DNA from: Octopus vulgaris
Taxonomy: Eukaryota
Direction: 5' to 3'
Assembly (NCBI GenBank): GCA_951406725.2
Contig: OX597815.1
Span: 59,210,001 to 59,274,000 of the forward strand
Length of the DNA stretch: 64,000 bases
Under the pieces are notes generated by a model, which saw only the letters and a list, made by a program, of their open reading frames with translations, did not search any database and had not been told where the DNA came from. Positions 24,800 through 37,374 of the stretch are shown here, piece by piece. The position numbers and the translations under genes are program-made. Numbering within the stretch: the first letter of the stretch is position 1; each line of letters opens with the position of its first letter.

Positions 24800-25334
24800 G
24801 TAAGTTAATTCTATCTTTCTGTTCAGCCTACTTTTTGTAACTCAAAATGTTTCATTTTTAATTCCATATTGATGTTAGTTATGGAGTTAACCAAGTCACT
24901 CAATGACAATATATTGTCATGCTACTTTTTGTTATAGAAGTATAGTATGACAGTAAATTTGATAACTGAAATAAGCAACATTACTAGATTCAGTTAAAAG
25001 CTGAAATTTAGAGTTATAACTATCAATATGTTTTGATATAAATGCTGAATAATCACCAACATAAAGATCCCTTAACTGTCACAACTGCTCTCTGTTCTTT
25101 GCAGTATCTATAAAAGTGTTTTTCAAGCTTTGAGTTTGTAAAATAGAAAATATTTGATAAAATATCATATCTTGTTGGTAATCTTTGCTTTGATTTATAG
25201 TGAGCATTAAAAGAATTAAGCAAGTTATCTCATATGCAAAAATATCTTGAGAAGCAGGATTTTTTTGTCTTTTCTATATGAAACTCATGGATTTGAAGTG
25301 CAAACATTATATTACAACTTTTACTTTCCTTCAG

Positions 25335-25400
25335 TCAAAAAACACCACCATCTTCAAGTAATGAGAACTTGCGAGATATTGAAACACCGGAGGAATCAAG
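25335..25400 (+). CDS. Candidate 66-nt host exon, gene unknown
   Basis: Acceptor TTTTACTTTCCTTCAG and donor AAG|GTAATT; open when spliced to 24754-24799. Confidence 0.45.
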
Positions 25401-25714
25401 GTAATTTTAAATATATTGTTATTTTATCATTTTTTTTCATCTACTATAATGTCCACAAATCTAAATTCTATTAACTTCAGATACCTAGGATAACCTGTCC
25501 TTGACCTTTCTAACTCAATTTTGTTTTGGTTTACTCACCTATTTCTATTTTCCAGTTAATTTCACTCATTAGTCAATGTGTGCAAATTTTAAGCATCTTT
25601 TAGTATTCTGGTTTGCTCCCCACTCTCTCTCTCTATATATAAATATTGTATGTGTGTGTATGTATATATATATATGTGTGTGTGAGTGTGTATATATGTA
25701 TTTGTATATATATA

Positions 25715-25763
<49 letters not shown>

Positions 25764-25913
25764 TTATATATATATATATATATGTATGTGTGTATATATA
25801 TGTATGTTTATATATATATATATGTATGTGTGTGTATATATATATGTATGTGTGTATATATATATATGTATGTATATATATATATATGTATGTATATATA
25901 TATATGTATGTAT

Positions 25914-28900
25914 AAATCCTTAAAAATGTTTCAGCCGAAGGCTGCGGCCATGTTGGGGCACCACCACTGAATGAGCTACACTAATATGTGATTCCACCTC
26001 TGATACGTGGCACTTGGTCAACAAGGGAGTTCGATGCCGCTGCCCGCATCTGTGTCTCCTGTCGTGAGGTAGGTTCATCTGGGACCCCCAACAAGAAGAG
26101 ATCCAGTTTAGTTTTAAAGAAACCCACATCCACACCATGCAAGTCTCTCAGGCATTTACAGAGGATGTTAAAGAGCTGTGGTCCTCTGAAACCCAAGCTG
26201 TTGCAGTATCTGGTCCTGTATTTTTATGGTGATGTTGGAATCTTTGGCACCATGCAGCAGCCCCCCATTCTGCAGTTTGGGTAACTTTGAATGCCAAAGT
26301 TTGGGACAAGACTCTCCAGGATTTTCCAGATGTATATCACCGCATATCTCTCCCGCCTTCGCTCTAGGGAGAAGAGTTTTAATACTTTCAGTCTTTCCCA
26401 GTAGCTGATATTTTGCATTGAGACGATCTTCTTTGTGTAGCTTCTTTGAATTGCTTCGAGTTCAGCTGTTAGTTTTATATTGTGTGGTGACCATAGTTGG
26501 GAGCAGTAGTCCAAGTGGCTGAGGACGAAAGTTTTCCACAGGACCATCAGTGTCTCCTTCTCTCTTGTTCTGAAAGTTCGGAGAATCCATCCAGCTAGCC
26601 GTCTGCATTTTATCACCAAATTAGTAATATGCACTTGGAAAGATGCATCATTGCTTATGTCAATGCCTAGGTCATGCACTGATTTTGACTCAGGGATTGC
26701 AATTTTTCCCGGGCCAGTGTATCCAGTCTGCATGTCATTTACCTTTGTGTACCAGTAGCGCAGGGCCTGAAACTTATCTGCATTAAGCCGCATGTTGTTG
26801 TCCTCAGCCCACCTGTATATTGTATCGAACTCCTGTTGCAGATGTGCAATATTTCCAGGGTTTTGTATTGTGTGGAAGACTTTTGTGTCATCTGCATAGC
26901 TAGCAAGGGTGGTCATCTTAGTAACTGAGGGCATGTCTGAAAGGGCCACTATGAACATCAGTGGCCCCAAGACAGTGCCCTGTGGAACACCGCTTGTTAT
27001 TTGTGTTTCCTTGGAGGTGGCTCCATTGGTCACAACTGCCTGCCTTCTATCTTTTAGAAAGTTGTGCAGCCACTCTCCAAGTTTTCCGCCTATGCCAAGA
27101 CCACGCAATTTGTGACAAATCATACCATGGTCGACTTTATCAAAGGCTTTCGCAAAGTCGAGATATATCACATCCACATTTGAACCATTTAGTAGCTGTT
27201 TTAACACCCAGTCATAGTGTTGCAGGATCTGTGTTAGGCAGCTTCTACCTGGTCGAAATCCATGCTGGGTGTCAGTCAGCAAGTCGTTTTCTTCAAGGAA
27301 CATGATTAGTTTCTTGCGGACTATTCATTCCATGACTTTCCTGATGTGTAAGGTCAGAGAGATAGGCCTCTAATTTTTAGCATCTGCTCTGCTTCCTCCC
27401 TTATGGATAGGGCATATTAGCCCCTCTTCATTTTGACTGGGAGCTTACCACTTGCAAGAAAGCTCTGAAAAAGAAGCTGTAGCGGTTTTGCAAGGGCTCG
27501 TTTGCACGATTTGAGAAGTATCGCTGGAAATCCATCAGGTCCAGCACCTGAGTTGTGTCAATCTCATCTATGGCGAGTGTGATATCATCATCTTCAATGT
27601 TGATGTACTCAATTTTTGCCTCTTTGGCCACAACTAAAGTGGCAAAGAATTCTTCTGGGTTGTTTACTTGCTTGTGTCTTAGAGGTGTAGTGAACACACT
27701 TTGGAACTGTTCATTCAGTATTTCACTTATCCTCGTGTGATTTCCTGTGAGGGAGCCATCTTTTTGGAAGAAAGGTCTGGTGTACTGTGGCTGTCTCTTT
27801 GGCAAACTTAAAGAAAGCTTTAGGGTTTGACATTATATTTTCTATTACCCAAGCTTCTTTATCTGCTCTCTCCTTTTCATGGGACTGATGTAGACTTTTC
27901 TCAATTTCCATTAGCATTCTCTCGATCCGAGACTTCTCACCACTTTTGGTGTGCTTGCTCAGGCGATTCGCAATCCTTGTCCGTCGTCTCATAAGAATCT
28001 TCCTTTCTCTAGGGATCCTGTTTTTGTGTGTGCTAGCCCTGCACACTGGGACATATTTGTCACATATAGCTTGTATTATGGACTTGAAGCGTTTGTGTTT
28101 CATGTTAATGTCTGGTGTGGGGAGACATTTAAGCCAATCCTGTTTGAGGATCTCTTTCTCAATCAACTTCCAGTTTGCTTTATGAAAGTTTAAGTTGGAG
28201 AGATGGTGGATGCTTTGTATAGGCTGTGTGTTTGCAGGGGCTTTTGGTCCATACATAGACAGCTCTATTATGTTGTGATCCAAGATCATTGTTGGGATCA
28301 CTTTAACATTATGGATAATATCCATATTGTTTGTGAAGCAGAAATCCAGTATATTATTTGCCGCTGTTGGTTGCAGCACTATTTGCTCCATGAAAGAGGC
28401 ATTTGTGAGATGGAGCAGGGACTCCACCTGTGCCTGCTGATGGTGTGTCATCCCTTGGAGCATCTGCCCCCCCAGGCCATTCCACATTGGGGAAGTTAAA
28501 GTCACCCGTGAAGAATACACTGTTGTGTTGTTCAAGGTTGGTGAGAACTTCTATTTTTGTTAGGCAGTCTTCAAACATGCCTGTGTGATTTGGGGCATCC
28601 GGTGGGTGATACGTAGTACATATGACGATATTCAGTTGTCTTATGTGTACAATTTGAGTGTCACACACTGAGTTTGAATATGACAACAGGACCTGGGGCG
28701 TGATGTCATCTCGGATGTACATTGCAACTCCACCATGGCTCCTCCCTTTTCTATCTGAGCATATGACTGCATATTGCAGTATGTGTATTTCTGCATCTCC
28801 TATATCGGGTCCAAGATGCGTTTCTATGAGTGCCATGCATATAGCTTGATTGCATGCCGCAACGTCTCTCAGGAATGAGATTTTCCTTTTACAGTTGCTG

Positions 28901-29030
28901 TGCAGCAGCCCTCCTACGTTTAGTAGAAATATTTTTGTGGTGTGTGTATTGGTGTCTGTGGTGGCCATCCTGCATCTGTTGGTGGTGGCCTTATGTAGTG
29001 GTACTTCCAGCTTTGTGTCTGCAGCCAGCC
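25914..29030 (-). mobile_element. CR1-group LINE, ORF2 region (APE-RT), frameshifted, 5'-truncated
   Basis: ORF pieces 28354-29058, 27723-28535, 27428-27805, 26224-27303 (SGVPQGTVLGP, YADD), 25981-26196. Confidence 0.94.
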
Positions 29031-29059
29031 ACACACACACACACACACACACGCACATA

Positions 29060-29092
<33 letters not shown>

Positions 29093-29669
29093 ATATATAT
29101 ATGTATGTATGTATAGCAATTAAGGACAACTACTTAATAAGGACAACTAAATTAAAATATGTATGTATGTATATATATATATATATATGTATATATATGT
29201 ATGTATATATATATGTATGTATATATATATGTATGTATATATATATGTATGTATATATATATGTATGTATGTATATATGTATGTATGTATATATATATAT
29301 ATATGTATGTATATATATATATATATGTATGTATGTATATATATATATGTATATATGTATGTATATATATATGTATGTATATATATATATATGTATGTAT
29401 AAATGTATGTATATATATATATGTATGTATGTATATATATATATGTATGTATGTATATATATATGTATGTATGTATATATATATGTATGTATGTATATAT
29501 GTATGTATATATATATATGTATGTATGTATATATATATGTACATATATGTATATATGTATGTATATATATATGTACATATATATATATATGTATGTATAT
29601 ATATGTATATATGTATGTATATATATGTATATATATATGTATGTATGTATATATATATATATATGTATG

Positions 29670-29716
<47 letters not shown>

Positions 29717-29721
29717 GTATG

Positions 29722-29755
<34 letters not shown>

Positions 29756-29899
29756 TATATGTATATATGTATGTATATAGATGTATATATATATATGTAT
29801 GTGTATATGTATATATATGTTTGTATATATGTATATATGTATGTATGTATATATATATATGTATGTATATATATATATATGTATGTATATTCATGTATG

Positions 29900-29932
<33 letters not shown>

Positions 29933-30069
29933 GTATGTATATATGTATGTATGTAGATGTATATATATGTATGTATATATGTATATGTATATATGTGTTT
30001 GTATATATGTATATATATATATGTATGTATATATGTATATGTGTATGTATATTTGTATATATATATATA
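29031..30069. repeat. (CA)n and (TA)n/(TATG)n compound microsatellite
   Basis: Direct reading; short unique interruption at 29115-29157. Confidence 0.97.
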
Positions 30070-30772
30070 CAATTTAAAAATAGGGTAAAATCTTTATAAG
30101 AATTTATCTAGTAGTCAGCGTGAAAAACCTCATAAGAGAAAAAAATCCTCCAATTTTTTCACTTAAATATATTTATTTATATTAAATAGAGGGCATTACT
30201 ATACATAAATGCCACACGCTAGTAGGGACTCGTAAAGTCAAAACTACTAAAATAAACAAACTCATGGTACCGAATGCAATTCTCGAAGCCAGACATTTAA
30301 AAACAGAATTTAGCTGCTGATCACTGTGATTTCATAATCAGTGCAGTGGTGCACTCTTTACTCATGAGTGCAAGCATAATTCAAGATTTATAATGAATGA
30401 ACAAAATCAACATACCAGATGAACAACCATCGTATCCAACGTAGTACATAGAAATGATCACCTCTTATACATCTATGTAAATAGCGGGCTTTTTCAAATT
30501 GCATTTCTGTAACAACGTTCTTATTTGGAATAAAAATTCAGTACTGAATATACTCCGGTTAAATTTACAATGTAAAAATAGGATAAAATCTTTATAGGAT
30601 TTTATCAAGCAGTCAGCGTGAAAAACCTCATAAGAGAAAAAAATCGACCAGTTTTTTCTCTTAAATATATTTATTTATATTAAATAGAGGGCATTACTAC
30701 ACATAAATGCCACATGCTAGGAGGGACTCTTAAAGTCAAAACTACTAAAATAAATATACACATCGTACCGAA

Positions 30773-30776
<4 letters not shown>
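30069..30776 (-). mobile_element. Partial tandem (~498-bp period) pLTR-like repeat carrying a hammerhead-like motif
   Basis: 30069-30278 repeated at 30567-30776; motif at 30313-30375. Confidence 0.6.
30313..30375 (-). ncRNA. Hammerhead ribozyme-like motif, core mutated
   Basis: GCUUGCA CUCAUGA GUAA-AG-AGUGCA CCAC UGCACU-GA-UUAU GAAA UCAC A GUGA UC AGCAGC. Confidence 0.55.
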
Positions 30777-30806
<30 letters not shown>

Positions 30807-30818
30807 TTCATGTTTTCA

Positions 30819-31562
30819 TATTTCATGTTTATGTTTTGTGACGTCCTGTACCCATATATGCATATATATATATATATATCAGTATGTACATATGCCTATA
30901 TATGTATATATATTTTATTTATATTATCATATGCTTGAACACCATGCATCCAAGTAAGTTTATCTTAATAATTTTGATGAGACTCTTCTCTGTCCTACTC
31001 TGTTTCTCTCTCCCCCCTTTCATTTTTTCTCTCTTCCTTTCTCACATTCTTATTTTCTTCCCTTCACCATTTTCTATCTCTCCTTCTCTCTCCCTCTTCC
31101 TCCTTTACTCTCTTGTTGCTCACACATGACCTTCGTCCATCTTTTTTTCCATACGTATTCATCTTTCTTTTCTTCCAGTCTGTTGCATAGACCAGACTTA
31201 TTCTTGTCAGTCTTCTCACCTATCTTTTCTCCTGTTAAAGAATGTTTCTCAGTATTCACCACCTTACCCCTCTGGCTTGACAGCCCTCACTATTTGTTTC
31301 ACTGTCCTGTTTTTGTTACCAACTTTGACTCTCCGCAAAATCCTAAATTTTATTTTGGTTTGTGGGAGCAACTGTTTTCTTGAAGGCTCATTTTGTTGTA
31401 AATTGCTCAAAATGTGGAGTAGATAAACAGCCAACAACTGATGAAGGGTTGTTCTTTATGTTGCTTGCCTTGTTTTCCATTTGTTTCTCTCATTGTTCGC
31501 AATGAAAAATTTGTCTTCGTATTTCATGTTGTTTACATTTTGTGACGTCCTGTACCCATAGA

Positions 31563-31566
<4 letters not shown>
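30819..31566. repeat. ~700-bp segment bounded by ~45-bp direct repeats
   Basis: TATTTCATG..TTTTGTGACGTCCTGTACCCATA.ATGCA at 30819-30862 and 31520-31566. Confidence 0.55.
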
Positions 31567-31618
<52 letters not shown>

Positions 31619-31894
31619 CATATATATATATGTACATATATATATATATATGTATATATATATGTACATATATGTATGTATATATGCTTAAATATATATT
31701 TTTATTTATATTATGTATATATATATGTGTGTTTATATATATACGTAGTGTATATATATAGTTCAGCAAAATTTAGATTCAGATGAATCTAAGTACTTAA
31801 GTTAAAGGCACCAGAATTTGTTATTTAGATTTATCAATGGTGAGGGGGTTTCTTTATTTGGTTCAAAGGAGACAAACAAGAATTTTTTCTTACC

Positions 31895-34430
31895 ACCATG
31901 ATGCCAAATCAAAGAAGGATTCTCAAGAAACATACGTAAACAGTTACTACAAAAACATTTTCAGAATTAGACAGAATCCACCTCCAAATCCACTGCTTGA
32001 AAACTTTGAAAAGGATTTTCTTGATCTCATTGCCAATGTAAAATTCAAAGAACATCCACTAAGGAATAACCCACACTTAAGAAATCTGAAAGATTTTATA
32101 AAATCATTACAAAATAAACAAGGCATCCTAGTCCCGGCTGATAAAACTGGAAACCTATACAGACTTGATTATACAACATACAGTAAATTTATTAGAAAAG
32201 AACTGAACTTGAGATATAAAATAACTACAAAGAAGAACCTGAGGGATATAAATTTGGAAATGAAAAAGTTATGATGAAATATGATTTAGTTGACAGGACC
32301 TTTAACACCGTGTGAACCTAAAATTAATCTTAAAGACCACAAGAAAAATTTCAGTGAGAGCCCTTCTGTAAGACTTATATGCCCATCTAAGTCAGATATT
32401 GGCTGACTTAGTAAATCTATTTTGGACAATATTCTGCCCCATATAATCCCTAACCTTTCTTTGAAATTATGGATTAACACTGATGAGGTAATCAATTGGT
32501 TTTAATCTTTAAATAATAATAGCAGATATTCTTTCATCCAATTTGATATTAATAATTACTATTCTAGTATATCCCCTATTCTCCTAAATAAATCACTCAT
32601 TTTCGTAAAAAACCCCTCTCTCATAACTAGGGAAGAAATTGATATTATTTTACTAGCTAGAAAAACTATCATTGAATTTGAGGGAAAATTGTGGACTAGA
32701 GCTGATACCCTAAATAATTTTCATATACCCATGGGCTCTAGTGATTCGGTGGAGATAACTAATTTGGTAGGAACTTATTTATTAAAATGCATAACTAGAG
32801 AGATCCCTGAATTACAAGGGGGTTTATATAGGGATGATGCATTATTCATCGTCCCTAGTAATAATAAATCGATAATTGAGAGAAAAAGGAAGAAAATTAG
32901 CAGATTTTTCAAGGATTTCAACTTAGGCATCACTTATGAATATAACACTAAGATAGTTAACTTTCTAGATGTTACTTTAGATTTAAACTCAAAATTATAT
33001 TACCCATATAGAAAAGATGGTGAAGTTACTAGATACGTAAATAAATGATCAAATCACCCCACTAGTATACTGAAATTGATAGTAAAAAAATATTTCAAGA
33101 AGAATTTCAAAATTATCATCTAAGAATGAAATTTTTAATTCTCACTCACATCATTACAATGGTTCCTTATGTAGAGCAGGATATGACTAGGAAATCACCT
33201 TCTTAGATCTTGATAATATAAATCTTTCAAATGAAAAACTGAATGAAAATAGTTCAAATACTATAGAATGTTCAACTTTAAAAATCAACCAAAGCAGATA
33301 ACCCAGTATATAATAAACCCGATACAATAAATAGAAATGGTAAACAGAACATAAATAAGTATAAAAAGGTTAAGCTAGATAAAATAAATACAAATAATAA
33401 TATAAAAATCTCTCCTACTGATAAAAAAAACCTTAATAAATATACATATAACACTAAAGAGAATAACAAAACTCTAAAGGATATAGATAACATTAATCTT
33501 TCCCACCCTTACTCAAATAAAAAAAATTCAATAGAAAAAAAATGTATGGCTAAATATTCCCTTCAACTGGGCAATTTCTACGAACATATACAGTAAATTT
33601 ATGTCCATATTAGAAACAAACTTCCTTGCTTCCCATAAATATTATAAAGTAATTTCTAGTAAATCAGTGAGAATGTCATATTCCATTCTTCCAAATATAG
33701 GTACCATAATAGCTAGACTAAATAGAAAAAAATATTAAGTTAGCCAGAAATGTTATAAATAACAACAACAACAATAATAATAATAATGATAATAATAACA
33801 TTAATATAAGCAATAATAATAATAATATCAATAATATAAATGATAATAATAAAAATGTGAAAAGTGAGGAAATAAAGAAAAGATGAATAACAAACAACCC
33901 TAACTTACATAACAATATAATTATAGATAAGGGAAATAACACTAATGCTAATAATAGCTCTAATAATGAAAATGAAAATAGCTTGTTCCTAAATAATACT
34001 AATATCAGAAATCATCCCCCCAGTTGTAATTGTAGAATTAGATCAAGATGTCCGGTATCTGGTTGGTGTCTGGTTCAGAACGTAATTTATAAATGTACAA
34101 TAGCTATCTTTATTTTGGATGTTCGATGGACCTGAAGAAACATCTGAACAATCATTTTTATAGTTTTAGGCTTAAACATAAGGTGGGCTGCACAACGCTG
34201 TCCAGTAAAATTTGGGAATTGAAGGAAAAAATTATCGAATTTAACCTAAAATGAAATATAATAAGAAAGGCACAGCCTTATAAAAATAGTAGGGATGGAT
34301 GTGAACCTTCTTCTATGGAGACATGAAATTTTGAAACATAGGAATAATATAAACTTATTGAATAACTGTTCTGAACTAGGATAATCCTGCATACATTGTG
34401 CCACCCATACTTTTAAGTATTTTAAATAAT
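31895..34430 (+). pseudogene. PLE reverse transcriptase / GIY-YIG endonuclease ORF, fragmented
   Basis: ORF pieces 31837-32274 and 32689-33048; manual translation SCNCRIRSRCPVSGWCLVQNVIYKCT from 34022; Asn-rich (AAT)n linker. Confidence 0.85.
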
Positions 34431-35292
34431 AGCATTCTGACCATTCCTAAATTTTCAAATCTTAATATTTTGTAACCAAATAAGGAATTAATATACCATA
34501 CTAGCTTTTATTTAACCTGCATAGATTATTAAGAAATTTTATAATATAAATAAATTTGAATAAAGTGAAATTAGAATCGTTTGATACTTTCCTATATCTA
34601 GTGAAATTATTTAGTTCATCTTGATTACCTCCCTTCCATTACAAGGTTTTTTTTTACTGTTAATAAATATTATGTCTAGCATAATCCTTTTAATTTAACT
34701 CATTAATAAAATGAATCTATATTAATAGAAATTGATATATATATATTTTAGAAATATAACATGATTTCTATATTTTCTATCCCTGTATAAGATACTAAAA
34801 TTTATTAGAATCCTTTTGAAAAAAACTATCCGAAGGATATTTATTTAAAATTCGCAAACAGAATTATGGCTGTTAAATGGTAAAGGGCATTAGAAATCTC
34901 TAGAGCATTAGTAGTCTCTATTCCCCCTATTCCACTAGCTTCAGCTACTAACTTTAGCTAAGATACATTCAAATATGCCTAAGTTAAATTCCTCATAATG
35001 AGGATGGATTTATGACTTTGACATTTGTACTATCCCTTCCTCTATCTAAAAATAGAAAAAATTCTTCTTTGTCTCCTTTGAAACAAATAAAGAAACCCCC
35101 TCACCATTGATAAATCTAAATAACAAAGTGAACTCAGTGATAAAAAATCTACAGGTGGAGAAGGACCTTCTACTACCATGTTCTTAATGATAAAATTAAT
35201 CTCTCTGTCTATATATCTACCCTCTTTGTAATGTTTGCAAATGAAATAAGTATAAAAATGTACATTGTCCATTTAATTAAAATAATTCTATA

Positions 35293-35380
35293 TGTGGCTG
35301 AAGATTGCTTTACATTTTAAAACTGATGTAATACTTACATTGTTTAATAAAATGAAGTAGCATGAAACGATTGTACTACA
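35293..35380 (+). ncRNA. Type I hammerhead ribozyme, best-preserved copy in the window
   Basis: Stem I UGUGG/CUACA; CUGAAGA 35298-35304; 59-nt stem II; GAAAC GAUU GUA; predicted cleavage after 35375. Confidence 0.78.
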
Positions 35381-35413
35381 CTACCTTGGATAGCCTTGTT
35401 GCTTATTTTGATT

Positions 35414-35477
<64 letters not shown>

Positions 35478-35554
35478 ATATATATATATGTGTATATATA
35501 AAGATGTATATATGTATATATATATATGCATATATATATGTATATGTATATATG

Positions 35555-35585
<31 letters not shown>

Positions 35586-35586
35586 G

Positions 35587-35618
<32 letters not shown>

Positions 35619-35711
35619 TAACAATAATAAATCTCTAAGCGAGGTATATATATATGTATATATATATATGTATAATATATACATGTATATATATGTATAT
35701 GTATATATATA

Positions 35712-36630
35712 CATGGTCATGTGGTGAGAATGGATGAAGATAGGTGTGTGAAAAAGTGCCACACCCTGGCAGTTGAGGGGACCTGTGGAAGAGGTAGACC
35801 CAGGAAAACCTGGGTCGAGGTGGTGAAGCACGACCTTCGAACTCTAGGTCTCACCAAGGAAATGACCAGAGACTGAGACCTATGGAAGTACGCTGTGCGT
35901 GAGAAGACCCGGCAAGACCAGTGAGAACAATCAAAATCAAATCATATATCAGAAAGCAGGGGTTAAGTGACCCATCCGTTCGTGTCCGCTGTCAGCCTCG
36001 TCTGGCACCCGTGCCAGTGATACGTAAAAGCACCATTCGCTCATGGCCGTTTGCCAGCTCTGCCTGGCCCCGTGTCGGTGGCACGTAAAAGCACCATCCG
36101 TTTGTGTTCGTTGCCAGCCTCGCCTGGCCCCGTGCCGGTGACACGTAAAAGCACCGTCCGTTCGTGGCCGTTTGCCAGCTCTGTCTGGCCCCGTGTCGGT
36201 GGCACATAAAAGCACCATCCGTTCGTGGCCGTTTGCCAGCTCTGTCTGGCAACCGTGTCGGTGGCACGTAAAAGCACCATCCTTACGCGTCCGTTGCCAG
36301 CCTCGGCTGGCCCCCGTGCCGGTGACACGTAAAAGCACCGTCCGTTCGTGGCCGGTTGCCAGCTCTGTCTGGCCCCGTGTCGGTGACACGTTAAAGCACC
36401 ATCCGTTCGTGGTCGTTCGCCAGCTCTGTCTGGCACCTGTGCAGGTGGCACGTAAAAAACACCCACTACACTCGCGGAGTGGTTGGCGTTAGGAAGGGCA
36501 TCCAGCCGTAGAAACACTGCCAGATCTGACTGGGCCTGACGAAGCCTTCCAGCTTCACAGACCCCAGTTGACCCGTCCAACCCATGCTAGCATGGAAAGC
36601 GGACGCTAAACGATGATGATGATGATGATG

Positions 36631-36632
<2 letters not shown>
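35712..36632 (+). mobile_element. PHD-type RTE family 3' fragment with expanded 3' UTR tandem repeat
   Basis: [23 protein letters not shown]; ~61-bp units at 35970-36460; (GAT)n tail. Confidence 0.9.
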
Positions 36633-36670
<38 letters not shown>

Positions 36671-37278
36671 ATTTTATTTTTTAAATTTTTATTTTTATCT
36701 AGTTTCAGCTCACAAGCTGTGGCCGTGCTGGGGCACCGCCATTTGGTGTTGCTATATGATTTTACTTCACGAATGCTTTTTAGCAATTGCCAATTGGTGT
36801 ATGAGAGAGTTCGATGCAGCTGCCCTCATCTGAACCTCCTGCCGTGAAGTTGGTTCATCTGGGACACCCAACAAGAAGACATTTTAAAGACATCTGCATC
36901 CACCCCATGCAGGTCTCTTAGGTTCTTTGGGAGGATATTGAAGAGCTGTGGGCCTCAGAAGCCCAGGCTATCACAGTATCTTGTCCTACATCTTGATAGC
37001 AAATTTGGAGTCCTTGGCACTGTGCAGTGGTGCCCAGTTCTGGCATTTGTGTAACTCTCGATGCCAAAGTTTGGGACAAGTCCTTCTAGGATCTTCCAGA
37101 TGTATATTATGGCATATCTTTCTCGCCTACACTCCAAGGAATAGAGTCTTAATCTCTTGAGTCTTTCCCAATATCTTATATGCTGCACAGAGGCTATCTT
37201 CTTCGTGTAGCTTCGTTGGATCGCCTCAGGTTCTGTGATTAATTTGACACTGGATGGTGACCATAGCTGAGAGCAGTA
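36671..37278 (-). mobile_element. CR1-group LINE 3' fragment
   Basis: CSQLWSP..YWERLKRLRLYSLE; same subfamily as 21956-22553. Confidence 0.92.
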
Positions 37279-37296
37279 TATGTATATATGTAAATA

Positions 37297-37347
<51 letters not shown>

Positions 37348-37374
37348 GTGTATATATGTATATGATTGATTGAT

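Larger units (their letters stand above)
31817..35410 (+). mobile_element. Penelope-like retroelement (Naiad-like), 5'-truncated with inverted pLTR piece
   Basis: VPADKTGNLY, FIQFDI..YYSSI, PMGSSDS, GLYRDD, VNFLDVTLDL, SNHP; CNC..CP..G.C linker; GIY-YIG-like IYKC..YFG; hammerhead at 3' end. Confidence 0.9.

Noticed and set aside
31438-31460. CTGATGA followed by short hairpin AGGG-TTGT-TCTT as a hammerhead
   Set aside because: No GAAA follows the hairpin and no stem I or III could be built.
33046-33048. In-frame TGA in PLE RT (NK*SNHP), and TGA at a Cys position of the LINE ORF1 finger (~19103), as selenocysteine
   Set aside because: Both elements have many other stops and frameshifts; the PLE position is Gln in the second PLE; no SECIS could be confirmed by eye.
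35970-36460. CRISPR-like array of ~61-bp units (also 52577-52850)
   Set aside because: Whole units are homologous with no unique spacers, there are no cas genes, and they lie in a LINE 3' UTR.
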